A stretch of DNA of 64,000 nt. Origin: an uncultured virus (IMG/VR IMGVR_UViG_3300000115_000013). Taxonomy: Duplodnaviria > Heunggongvirae > Uroviricota > Caudoviricetes. Position numbers and translations under genes: made by a program. Location of the stretch: positions 1-64,000 of IMG/VR virus record IMGVR_UViG_3300000115_000013. One strand, written 5' to 3'. Positions within the stretch are counted from its first letter, which is position 1. Each line of letters starts with the position of its first letter. The notes beneath the pieces were generated by a model. That model was not told the DNA's origin. It saw only the letters and a list, made by a program, of their open reading frames with translations, and searched no databases. Below, piece after piece: positions 27,137 to 35,829 of the stretch.

Positions 27137-28684
27137 CTAAAAGATCATAATTGGCATTGGTGCATCAGTTCCTTCTTCATCAAAACTATCTTTAAGCTCT
27201 TCATAAGTTACTTCGTCATACTGTGCAACCTGTTGAGCTATACGGACAACTAGTACACTTGCCATAACTAAATCATCTGTTTCGCTAGATTTAGCAGCAA
27301 AACTTGATCCCCTAGCAATAAACGTTTTAAGCTCTTGTAATAACGCTTCGCTGTTAACCACCATTTTTCCAGTTTCAATCCAGTTCTTTAATCTACTACA
27401 TGCCTCAAGTTTACTTTTATTAGTTGTTGTAAATCCTTTTCTGTGTCCTCTATTACTGCTTTTTGGCTGACTAATTAATGTACCAGGAATGTTTTCTTCA
27501 CCCATTTCCGCTATGACCACAAGGGCAGCTTCACCCAGCGTGTTATTTTCCACACTCCAATATATTTCAGTATCGGTTACTTCTTGTTCTATTTCCTTCA
27601 GTATTTGTCTGAGTATTCTTATCTGTTCCGTGATTGGCGTCTTGTTGTGCATCCATTCAGCTACTTGATTCATTCCTGGTAGTTCAAAAACTTGTATTGC
27701 CGCATTATCACCACCAGTACCTAAACTTGGATCAAGCCCTGCAATATAAGTTTTTCCCTTTTGTAAATTTTTATACCAGCGTACTTGACCTGTACGTTTG
27801 TATACTTCTTTAGACTCTAGTGTTGGCAATATTAGTCCACTAATAAGTGTTTCGTCAGCACTAATAAATTCACATCCGTGTTCTCGTCTAAATCTTTCTT
27901 CACCAATTTTGGCTGCTTCTTCGTCAGCCCAGTCTTGGTCTCTGTCCGGATGTTCTTTCCAATTAACTAGAATATGTTTAAATCCATTAACTCCTACTTT
28001 TGTTTCATTACCATATTGATCAATAGTTTTATTTGCTGCTTTCCAAATTTGAGCAAATTGGTCATTGTCTTGGTTGGGTGTACTTGTGATCATACATTTA
28101 CCACCTGTACTAAGTGTTGGTGATAAACTTGTCCAAAACTCTTTAGCAATGCGTGGAGGTACAAATGCAAACTCGTCTAAGTATACTAACGATAGGGATA
28201 AACCACGTCCAGTATTTTCAGTTGTAGCTTGTGCAATAATACGGCTACCATTATCAAACTCTAAACTTCCTTTGTTATATGCAGTAACACCTGCACGTAT
28301 ATGATTAGGTAATGTTTCATATGCAAATCGTATACGTTGCATAATCTCCTGAGCACCACTGTACTTGTGTGCCGCAATAAGAATAGTTTGATCTGGATTA
28401 AACATTGCATACCATAATAAGTATCCTGCCGCACAAGTTGATTTACCTGTTTGTCTGGGTAACATAGCAATACTATAACGATTTTGATGATATACTTCTA
28501 CTAAACGTTTTTGATAGTCAAACAATGCAAATTTCATACGTCCTTTTGTGGGATGCTGAATATAGCAATGTTCTAACATAAAGTATTCTGGATCAACTGC
28601 ACAACGAGCAAGTTCTTGGAACTGTTCGTTTGTAAATTTTTCCTTTTGATATGGTTTTTTTATTAAATTTGTATCTACTGACAT
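27137..28684 (-). CDS. 17: Terminase large subunit (gp17-like)
   Basis: PRQTGKST, YLDEFAF, ITSTPN, GLDPS, VENN, DDLVMA. Confidence 0.95.
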   Translation of the reverse strand: MSVDTNLIKKPYQKEKFTNEQFQELARCAVDPEYFMLEHCYIQHPTKGRMKFALFDYQKRLVEVYHQNRYSIAMLPRQTGKSTCAAGYLLWYAMFNPDQTILIAAHKYSGAQEIMQRIRFAYETLPNHIRAGVTAYNKGSLEFDNGSRIIAQATTENTGRGLSLSLVYLDEFAFVPPRIAKEFWTSLSPTLSTGGKCMITSTPNQDNDQFAQIWKAANKTIDQYGNETKVGVNGFKHILVNWKEHPDRDQDWADEEAAKIGEERFRREHGCEFISADETLISGLILPTLESKEVYKRTGQVRWYKNLQKGKTYIAGLDPSLGTGGDNAAIQVFELPGMNQVAEWMHNKTPITEQIRILRQILKEIEQEVTDTEIYWSVENNTLGEAALVVIAEMGEENIPGTLISQPKSSNRGHRKGFTTTNKSKLEACSRLKNWIETGKMVVNSEALLQELKTFIARGSSFAAKSSETDDLVMASVLVVRIAQQVAQYDEVTYEELKDSFDEEGTDAPMPIMIF

Positions 28685-28702
28685 ACAACTACTTATGATA
28701 GG

Positions 28703-28734
28703 AAAAAGAGGCTACAATATTATGCAGCCTCTTT
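28703..28734 (-). terminator. Intrinsic terminator
   Basis: AAAGAGGCTGCA-loop-TGTAGCCTCTTTTT. Confidence 0.75.
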
Positions 28735-28747
28735 AATGTAAACCTAC

Positions 28748-29026
28748 TTATAAGATGCCTGATAGCGTCTTAAGAGTATTAATTGATTCGTTTGTTTCTA
28801 ATGATTCTTCTGTATTTCCGCCTAAGTGTGCTACACCGTCATGATGTCCACGTTCCAATGCATCATATAGCTCGTTACATGCTTCTTGGATTTCGGTGAA
28901 GTCTGAGTCACCGCCAATGTCAACTACTGCTTTTGCTAGTAAACCTTCGTTACGAAATACTTTCTGTAATGCATCTACTTTACTCATTGCGCCCATAAAA
29001 GTTCTATCTATTTTTTGTTCTAACAT
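28748..29026 (-). CDS. Hypothetical protein (C-terminal LKTLSGI motif)
   Basis: 92-aa ORF sharing a terminal motif with the upstream gene. Confidence 0.55.
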   Translation of the reverse strand: MLEQKIDRTFMGAMSKVDALQKVFRNEGLLAKAVVDIGGDSDFTEIQEACNELYDALERGHHDGVAHLGGNTEESLETNESINTLKTLSGIL

Positions 29027-29028
29027 TA

Positions 29029-30474
29029 TTAAACTCCTGCTAACTTTCTTAACATATTAATGTCGTCATCCATACGCATTGTATCACGCATTGCATGTGC
29101 AGCATCGTCCGCAGACATTGTTTGTCTATCTTCTTCTTCGTCTCTAATCTGATCAATGTATCGCATTTCTTCCTCTTGTGATAATGGAACATATTGATCA
29201 TTTCTATTATATGCTTCTAGGTTCCATGTTTCACCATCATCGGTTGACCAACGAATCATTAGTTGTTCGTCATCATCGTACATTTCACCCTCAGCTTCTG
29301 TTACTTTGTAGGTTTTACCGTCTACTTTAAACTCATCTTGGTTGGCGTCTTTTGCTTTTTTAAGTTCTAGTGAGAATTTGTTACCCTCTTCAACATCGGC
29401 TTCTTCCATTTGGTCCCAGTCGTAGTCTTCATCTTCAACTTCACCATCACCGTTACAAGTTTCACATGTTTCCATACGACTATCAATCTCACCAATATCT
29501 CTGCTAAAACTTTGTGGTCTGTATGTTTCAACTTCAACCTCGCCATCGCCATCGCAATCCGGACACTTTGTCATTGGGGTAAAATCTTCTTCTACTGCTT
29601 CTTCTACTGCTAAGTGTGCATCGATACCTGCTGTAGATTTTAGTCCCCAATGCTTTGCTGCTTTTTGAGCCGCACCATATGATGATGAAGCATGACATTC
29701 GTGCTTGCCTTTTTTAGCGTGTACACAAATGTATGGACGTTCTTCTGATTCTTTAACGTCTTCATCGTCTACTTCATACTGTGCAAACATTTCTTCTAAA
29801 TCATCCATGTTATGTTTGATCCACTCTTGTTCTTCAGGATGTGCCATAGAAAAAATATGATCAATTGAATCACTTGGCGTAAATCCATGACGTACAGCGT
29901 TTTCAGCATGCTGTCTCATTTCATCAGTCGGCCAATCTGTATTATGAAGGTTTTTAGATTCAGTTGCAACCTCATTACTGCATCCACTGTGACAGTTGCA
30001 GTCTGGGCCGCAATTGCCGCCACATGCACAACTATCATCGCATCCGCATGCATGTGCTTCATCTATTTCAGAGTTTTTTTTAAAGTCGGTATATGCTTCA
30101 GATACACTATCTATTGTATGATCTGGATATATTGTTTCGTCTATAGAAACATGGTCTCCCATTGCACCTAAATAACGTCTTAAACTTGTATCACCAGCAG
30201 TATCATTTGGCTTTACTTCTCTTGCCTTACCATCGTAGCCCATCTCTGCACCACTATTAGCATAGCCTTCACCTTGTCCGCCTGGATCGCTAACAACTTC
30301 TTCAACTTCTGTTGTGCCTTGTAATTTATTTAAAAGTTCTGGAGAAACTAACGCAATCATTGCTTGCATTTGTTCTCTATCACCCATTGGTTGTTCAGAT
30401 ACTTCTGTTGGCTCTATTGCAGGTGTATCATTTTTTTGAATTCCTGCTAATTTGTATAAATCATTTAAATCCAT
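29029..30474 (-). CDS. Acidic modular protein, probable internal head/scaffold protein
   Basis: Glu-rich linkers; Cys-rich metallothionein-like module; paired CxxCxGxG; LxKLAG(I/V) at both ends; start set at MDLND. Confidence 0.6.
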   Translation of the reverse strand: MDLNDLYKLAGIQKNDTPAIEPTEVSEQPMGDREQMQAMIALVSPELLNKLQGTTEVEEVVSDPGGQGEGYANSGAEMGYDGKAREVKPNDTAGDTSLRRYLGAMGDHVSIDETIYPDHTIDSVSEAYTDFKKNSEIDEAHACGCDDSCACGGNCGPDCNCHSGCSNEVATESKNLHNTDWPTDEMRQHAENAVRHGFTPSDSIDHIFSMAHPEEQEWIKHNMDDLEEMFAQYEVDDEDVKESEERPYICVHAKKGKHECHASSSYGAAQKAAKHWGLKSTAGIDAHLAVEEAVEEDFTPMTKCPDCDGDGEVEVETYRPQSFSRDIGEIDSRMETCETCNGDGEVEDEDYDWDQMEEADVEEGNKFSLELKKAKDANQDEFKVDGKTYKVTEAEGEMYDDDEQLMIRWSTDDGETWNLEAYNRNDQYVPLSQEEEMRYIDQIRDEEEDRQTMSADDAAHAMRDTMRMDDDINMLRKLAGV

Positions 30475-30475
30475 G

Positions 30476-30982
30476 TTACACCTTATATTCTTTGTATAGC
30501 TCACTAGATCCTACTGCATCTTTAATCATTTTTTCATTATATGCATCACCATAATGCTCACTATGGTCAACCTTTTCTGAGTCTTTATATTCTGCATCGG
30601 CAAGAACACTTGTTACATCTTCATCTACAGCTTCTTCATCTGTTTCCCAAAGCTCTTGTGATTCATGTTTACTATTGACTATTAATTCGCCTTCTGAAAG
30701 TCCACAACATACTCTAATTTCATCTTTTAGTTGTGCAGTTGTTACTGGCAACTTGGTGGCAATATCAGTGACAAATACTTCTCTAGGACCCAAGTCTGCG
30801 TTAAATCCTCTAGGAGTTTGTTGCATAATTGTTTTCTTAGGAGAGCTCACACTCTCAACATTATATTTTTTCATATGCATTTCTAATTTATCAATTTGTT
30901 CGTTTGACATATCTACAACACTACGTAATCTAAACTCGTATGTTCTTTCATTTTCTGCCAAATAATGTTTTAAACTTTTCAT
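30476..30982 (-). CDS. Hypothetical protein, likely internal virion protein
   Basis: N-terminus MKSLKHYLAE resembles the T4 capsid-targeting sequence; late promoter. Confidence 0.6.
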   Translation of the reverse strand: MKSLKHYLAENERTYEFRLRSVVDMSNEQIDKLEMHMKKYNVESVSSPKKTIMQQTPRGFNADLGPREVFVTDIATKLPVTTAQLKDEIRVCCGLSEGELIVNSKHESQELWETDEEAVDEDVTSVLADAEYKDSEKVDHSEHYGDAYNEKMIKDAVGSSELYKEYKV

Positions 30983-31002
30983 CGCGAATATCCTTGTTAC
31001 TA

Positions 31003-31530
31003 TTATTTATCTTTATTAGACGATTGAGTGCCCATTTTATCAAGTACTGCATTAATTAAACTGTTTCGATCTTCAAATTCTTCAGCTTCTCCTTGCATCA
31101 TACCATCGTCTTTTGCTCCCTTGGTAGCTTGTACCTGTACTGTATGATCCAGTTTAGCTTTTTGTAACTGTAACTGTACCATTTTAAGTTTTTTATCCAT
31201 TTTTGCTGTTTTGGCAGTGATAGCATTTCCCATCATTGTACTTGCCACAGCAAAAATGTTAGCAGCGTGTCTGTCTTCAACATTTTGTCCAAGATCCATT
31301 AAGTCTGCAAATGCATGCATTGCTTTATCAGCGTACTTGTCCATATCAGCATCTAAATTATCTAAATCTCTAACCATTGGTAGTGCTGAATCAATCTTAT
31401 CCGCATTATCTAAAATTGTACTCATTGTACCAATATCAAAGTCTGACTGTGGCAAACTAATCGTCGACTCTTCTTGTTCAATATCGTCTGCACTAGGCAA
31501 ATTAAGTATTTCTTCTATTTTCTTTGTCAT
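31003..31530 (-). CDS. Hypothetical protein, possible terminase small subunit
   Basis: Size, central helical/coiled-coil region and position between gp4 and gp17. Confidence 0.4.
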   Translation of the reverse strand: MTKKIEEILNLPSADDIEQEESTISLPQSDFDIGTMSTILDNADKIDSALPMVRDLDNLDADMDKYADKAMHAFADLMDLGQNVEDRHAANIFAVASTMMGNAITAKTAKMDKKLKMVQLQLQKAKLDHTVQVQATKGAKDDGMMQGEAEEFEDRNSLINAVLDKMGTQSSNKDK

Positions 31531-31785
31531 TTAAAATCCCAACTTAAATATTATTATTAATACAATTACTGTAATTACTTTTACTAGAAACATTTTTCCG
31601 ATACCTTTTCCAGTATCTTTAACTGGGTGTTTCCAAGTTTCCCAACGTCCTAATTTAGCCCATTCTTCTTTAGACGTCCATAATCCACCCACATGTTTAA
31701 GCCACTGTTTAAAGGTTTTATCCTTATGACGTTTTCGTTCATTATACCATTCTTCTAGTATGTCTATAATGTCACCAGGCTTCAA
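31531..31785 (-). CDS. Small membrane-anchored hypothetical protein
   Basis: C-terminal hydrophobic helix. Confidence 0.55.
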   Translation of the reverse strand: MKPGDIIDILEEWYNERKRHKDKTFKQWLKHVGGLWTSKEEWAKLGRWETWKHPVKDTGKGIGKMFLVKVITVIVLIIIFKLGF

Positions 31786-32225
31786 TTTCTCTTTTTAGGG
31801 TTATTGAATAATTCATTTTCAGTTAGTACTCTAAACCCTACTCCTTGACGTTTAGCAAAAGCAGTAGCCGCTTGCCATTTAGCTTCGTTTACTATAGCTG
31901 CAATTTTCTGTGCTTGACTTTTAGCAAATTTCATTGTTTGTCCTGCAGGCTTTATTTCTATAAACTCAGCTCTCTGTTGTTTGTTTTTATCTTCATAAAC
32001 AATGAAAAAATCTGGTACATATGTTGTCGATTTACCAGTTGCTGGATGCCTATATGGTATTCTATGACTTTCACTAGCCCATGCTTTAACATAAGGATGC
32101 CCGTCTAACAATCTCATGAATTTTAATTCCCAACCACTTCTATACCTAGGCGCACCTTTGCCTATGTACTTATTAGGATTCTTTACTTGGTAGTTTCCTT
32201 GTTGAAAATGTGTTTTTCTAGGCAT
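31782..32225 (-). CDS. 4: Head completion nuclease (gp4-like, TnsA-type PD-(D/E)xK)
   Basis: YRSGWE, WASE, YVPDF, EIKP, NEAKW.AA, LTE. Confidence 0.9.
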   Translation of the reverse strand: MPRKTHFQQGNYQVKNPNKYIGKGAPRYRSGWELKFMRLLDGHPYVKAWASESHRIPYRHPATGKSTTYVPDFFIVYEDKNKQQRAEFIEIKPAGQTMKFAKSQAQKIAAIVNEAKWQAATAFAKRQGVGFRVLTENELFNNPKKRN

Positions 32226-32246
32226 TATGTAAGTATTTATTATGTA

Positions 32247-32948
32247 CTAGTTTCTAACTAGGTTTTGTTGATTATGTTTTCTATCCATAAAGACTTTGGC
32301 AGTTTCTACTGCTACGGCTGCATCTCGACAGTAAGCATCAGCACCTATTGCTTTACCGAACTCTTCATTTAAAGGAGCTCCTCCAACTAATACTGTATAG
32401 TTGTCACGTATACCTTTCTCAGTCATTGTATCAATAACAACTTTCATATAAGGCATAGTAGTTGTAAGCAATGCACTCATTCCTAATATGTCTGGCTCAT
32501 GTTCGTCTATTGCATCGAGGTATGCATCAACTGAGTTGTTGATACCTAAGTCAACAACTTCAAAGCCGGCGCCTTCCATCATCATACCTACTAGGTTTTT
32601 ACCAATGTCGTGTATGTCACCTTTGACTGTGCCAATAACCATTTTGCCAACTTGTGGTGCGCCTGTTTCAGCAAGCAACGGTTTAAGTATTGCCATACCA
32701 CCCTTCATTGCGTTTGCTGCTAGTAGCACTTCGGGTACAAACAATATACCATCGCGAAAGTCTACACCTACAATAGTCATACCAGCAACTAACGACTTGG
32801 TTAGTACATCATAAGGTTCCCATCCACGCTGTAATAGAATGTTAGTGCCTTCTTCAACTTCTTCTCTGAGCCCATCGTATAGATCGTCGCCCATTTGAAA
32901 TACAAGTTCTTCGTCGTTTAGTTCTGCTAATACAATATCTTCTTCCAT
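32247..32948 (-). CDS. Stand-alone corrinoid (B12-binding) protein of split methionine synthase type
   Basis: Cap domain (FVPEVLLAA) plus GTVKGDIHDIGKN (DxHxxG), SALLTTT, VGGA. Confidence 0.92.
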   Translation of the reverse strand: MEEDIVLAELNDEELVFQMGDDLYDGLREEVEEGTNILLQRGWEPYDVLTKSLVAGMTIVGVDFRDGILFVPEVLLAANAMKGGMAILKPLLAETGAPQVGKMVIGTVKGDIHDIGKNLVGMMMEGAGFEVVDLGINNSVDAYLDAIDEHEPDILGMSALLTTTMPYMKVVIDTMTEKGIRDNYTVLVGGAPLNEEFGKAIGADAYCRDAAVAVETAKVFMDRKHNQQNLVRN

Positions 32949-32961
32949 TGCATAACTTTCT

Positions 32962-33028
32962 TTACTTTGTTGTGGCTATGAAAACCCCATTCCAATCTTT
33001 TGGAAGGTCCTGTGTTTGTGTTTTTCAT
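32962..33028 (-). pseudogene. Possible C-terminal remnant of a class III adenylate cyclase
   Basis: Orphan frame KTQTQDLPKDWNGVFIATTK* resembles the DW(D/N)GV C-terminus of CHASE2-type cyclases. Confidence 0.4.
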
Positions 33029-33033
33029 GTGGA

Positions 33034-34053
33034 CTAGTGAATGAGCTCATTTATTAATCCTGTAATCGCAGCCTCATGTTGACTGTGTGCAGTATTATGC
33101 ATGCCGTTTATTAAGTCAGCATTACTTTCTAGGCGTGACCAAACATCATTGCGTATCTGCACAGTATTCAACAATGTTAAACGTTTTATTTCAATAAGAA
33201 CCATTACCATGCGTTTCCAAGGATCGACTTCAAGATCATAACTGTGATCGATTACATCATCAAAAACATCAAATCCTTGTTCTCTTATACGCTTAACTAG
33301 TCCTGGGACTGCATACCATACAGGAAGTTGCCGCCAGCAAAATGCTTTATATGATTTTTCAGTTATAAATTGACTGATCCAACTACCAGGATCTATCTCG
33401 TTGCTGCTTTCGACTACCAACTTAACTGGTGCTGTGTAAAACTTTTCATGTTTTAAACGATGCTGTTGTTTATTGTCTACAATAGGATGATCAACCATGA
33501 GAGGCCAAGGATGCGGCTGAATAAGTTGCTTTATGTCTTCTCGAACGTGGTCGTTATTGGTGCCCAAACTGATGATTATTTCGCTAGGATCAAATATACC
33601 AAGTAATCTTTTAGCAAGATGAGCTCGAGATAAACTAGGACGGCGCATTGGACAAACTAATTTGTGTGTCATTGGCATATTTTGCCAATCGACTTGTTGC
33701 AGTTGTAAGTGCTGGTACCAGGCGGGTTGCAGCTTGATAAGCCTATTAGGCAAGCACACAGCAGGATAAGGCAATTGATCAGTATCGACATAACAGGAAT
33801 ATACTGCACCAAAGCGAGTGACACCATGCCCAATTAAGTATTGCCTTAAGTGTTCAACATCGTCTGCGTCATGACCTTCAATATAAGTATCAACTATCCA
33901 GGTAAAGTCTTTTACTTTATCAACTGGGATATTTGCTTTTGCAAGATCATCAAGGACGTATTTTGCTATGACGCCATTACGCAAGTCTTGAGTGGCTATC
34001 CCTTTCCAAATATCATAAAAAACAGTCGTATTGTTGATATAACGTATACGCAT
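33034..34053 (-). CDS. Hypothetical protein, possibly glycosyltransferase-like
   Basis: LVVES...FITEKSYKAF...GFDVFDDVIDHSYD C-terminal motif. Confidence 0.5.
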   Translation of the reverse strand: MRIRYINNTTVFYDIWKGIATQDLRNGVIAKYVLDDLAKANIPVDKVKDFTWIVDTYIEGHDADDVEHLRQYLIGHGVTRFGAVYSCYVDTDQLPYPAVCLPNRLIKLQPAWYQHLQLQQVDWQNMPMTHKLVCPMRRPSLSRAHLAKRLLGIFDPSEIIISLGTNNDHVREDIKQLIQPHPWPLMVDHPIVDNKQQHRLKHEKFYTAPVKLVVESSNEIDPGSWISQFITEKSYKAFCWRQLPVWYAVPGLVKRIREQGFDVFDDVIDHSYDLEVDPWKRMVMVLIEIKRLTLLNTVQIRNDVWSRLESNADLINGMHNTAHSQHEAAITGLINELIH

Positions 34054-34084
34054 TAGACTTGCACATCTTCCATGTTGTATTTAT

Positions 34085-35119
34085 TTACTGTGGTCCAGCT
34101 GCAAATGTTATTGTGCCATTATTTAATTTTTTTGCTGTTTCACTATTATTAGAGTCATTTGGTATAACCATACCTGGGTCAACATTTACTGACATACCAT
34201 CACCAATGGTTGGCATATTAACTGGTTTACCAATATTTGTAATAGTAGGTACTTGTACAAGCCCACTTTGTTGTTCTTGTAGTGATCTAAGAGTATCACC
34301 AACAGTAGTTCCTCCAATTTGTGGAGGTGTATACGATTGTGCTATAGTTGTATCTGATTGAGTTTGTTTATTTGTTCCTGATCTATTACCAATTGTGCTA
34401 GCAGTTGTATTACCAGTTTCTGCTTGTTGTCTTGCTGCCTGTTGAACATTAACACTATTTTCAGGTGCTGAACCTCCTAATGGAGCAAAGTTAACATGCT
34501 CTGGTTGTATTGCTACCTGCCACATCACTGGTTGACTGTCACTATAATCTAATCTATCGTATTGTACATTGTTTATCATACAATTGTACATTGTAGTTGT
34601 TTTTCCACCTTGTGCTGTATCTTTTTGATGCACTCTTATTTCTTCAAACATAAATCTAGTGTCATGCGTAATTGATTCAGCACCAAATGGTTGACCTGCA
34701 CCAGTACTAAATTGTTCTTGTATTATATTATTTCCACTAAAATTCCTAGGGTCAAGCTGATGACCATGAAAATAATGCCCAGCATACGCCATCATTAAAT
34801 GTAAAAATTGATTATCTTTTGTATCATAAAAGGTAATACCAGCTGGTCCTGTTTCTAACCTAGTAGGGACATATCTAGGTCTGTTATATTGATTAAGTCT
34901 CTGAACACTGTAGTCAAAGTCTGGTAGACTTATACCTAACACTCTGTGAAACGTAAAAGACCTACCATAACTATCGTCAATTAATGGGATATTTTCGTTT
35001 AGTATAAACTCTATACTAAAGTTAAACTTCTGCCTTGGATATCTTAAGGTAACAGGATCGTCTGAACCAAAATGATCTGCCGCAGCATTATAAAAGCCAG
35101 TATTAGAAGTTAATCCCAT
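34085..35119 (-). CDS. Tail-tube-like/baseplate-tube initiator protein (gp19/gp54 fold)
   Basis: ISLPDF, ITFYD, NCMINNVQYDRLDYS resemble the adjacent tube protein. Confidence 0.55.
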   Translation of the reverse strand: MGLTSNTGFYNAAADHFGSDDPVTLRYPRQKFNFSIEFILNENIPLIDDSYGRSFTFHRVLGISLPDFDYSVQRLNQYNRPRYVPTRLETGPAGITFYDTKDNQFLHLMMAYAGHYFHGHQLDPRNFSGNNIIQEQFSTGAGQPFGAESITHDTRFMFEEIRVHQKDTAQGGKTTTMYNCMINNVQYDRLDYSDSQPVMWQVAIQPEHVNFAPLGGSAPENSVNVQQAARQQAETGNTTASTIGNRSGTNKQTQSDTTIAQSYTPPQIGGTTVGDTLRSLQEQQSGLVQVPTITNIGKPVNMPTIGDGMSVNVDPGMVIPNDSNNSETAKKLNNGTITFAAGPQ

Positions 35120-35127
35120 ATTCTATA

Positions 35128-35733
35128 TTAACCCTGTGTACCAGCACCTGATGCATTACTTAATGTTTGATCAAGTGTTTCTCCAGTTAATGTTGCATTA
35201 CCTGCTGCATCATAAATTTCTGCATTGTCATAACGAATACTTACTGTTACTTGTACTTGTTCACTACTACCATAAGCCATATCGCCATAATTAATATTTT
35301 GGATATAGCAACCTGCTAATTCAAATTTGTCTAACACTCCTGGTGTTGGGCTTGCACCATCTAATGATTCAAGTATAAATTGGAATTTATAAGCACTGCC
35401 TGAACGACTTGCACTTTGGTTTGCATGATCGACTTGCATATTTAATTGTTTGTTCATTTCTTTAATTACTACACTATCAACATCATCACGGAAGGTTACA
35501 GTAACCATATCCCATGTGTGTTTTCCTGCTGCATAAATTCTACTATTGTAGGATTCAATAATTACATCTTCGTGTGTTAACGAAGGCCTTGTTGCGCTAA
35601 TAACACTACGTGTAGGTGTACTGCTAAAAGCTGCCCCAATAAATGTCGCTCTAAAACGATATTGTAGTTTGGGCATTATTGTTGTGGTGCTGCCTGCGTT
35701 GTCTGGTACACCAAGTGTTGTGATAACTGCCAT
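35128..35733 (-). CDS. 19: Tail tube protein (gp19-like)
   Basis: AGKHTW..VTVTFRDD, GCYI, VTVSIRYD; follows the sheath gene. Confidence 0.85.
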   Translation of the reverse strand: MAVITTLGVPDNAGSTTTIMPKLQYRFRATFIGAAFSSTPTRSVISATRPSLTHEDVIIESYNSRIYAAGKHTWDMVTVTFRDDVDSVVIKEMNKQLNMQVDHANQSASRSGSAYKFQFILESLDGASPTPGVLDKFELAGCYIQNINYGDMAYGSSEQVQVTVSIRYDNAEIYDAAGNATLTGETLDQTLSNASGAGTQG

Positions 35734-35780
35734 CGAATTTCTCCTTTATACCGGCTGTTAGTATTTATTAAAACCTGCTC

Positions 35781-35809
35781 AAAAAAATAGGCCCAATAAA
35801 GGACCTATT
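35781..35809 (-). terminator. Intrinsic terminator after the sheath gene
   Basis: AATAGGTCC-TTTATT-GGGCCTATTTTTTT. Confidence 0.75.
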
Positions 35810-35829
35810 AAGTATTATGTTAATTTTAT

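Noticed and set aside
4574..28684. Inteins or introns in the helicase, primase, UvsW, UvsX or terminase
   Set aside because: All have ordinary lengths, contiguous motifs and no Hint signatures
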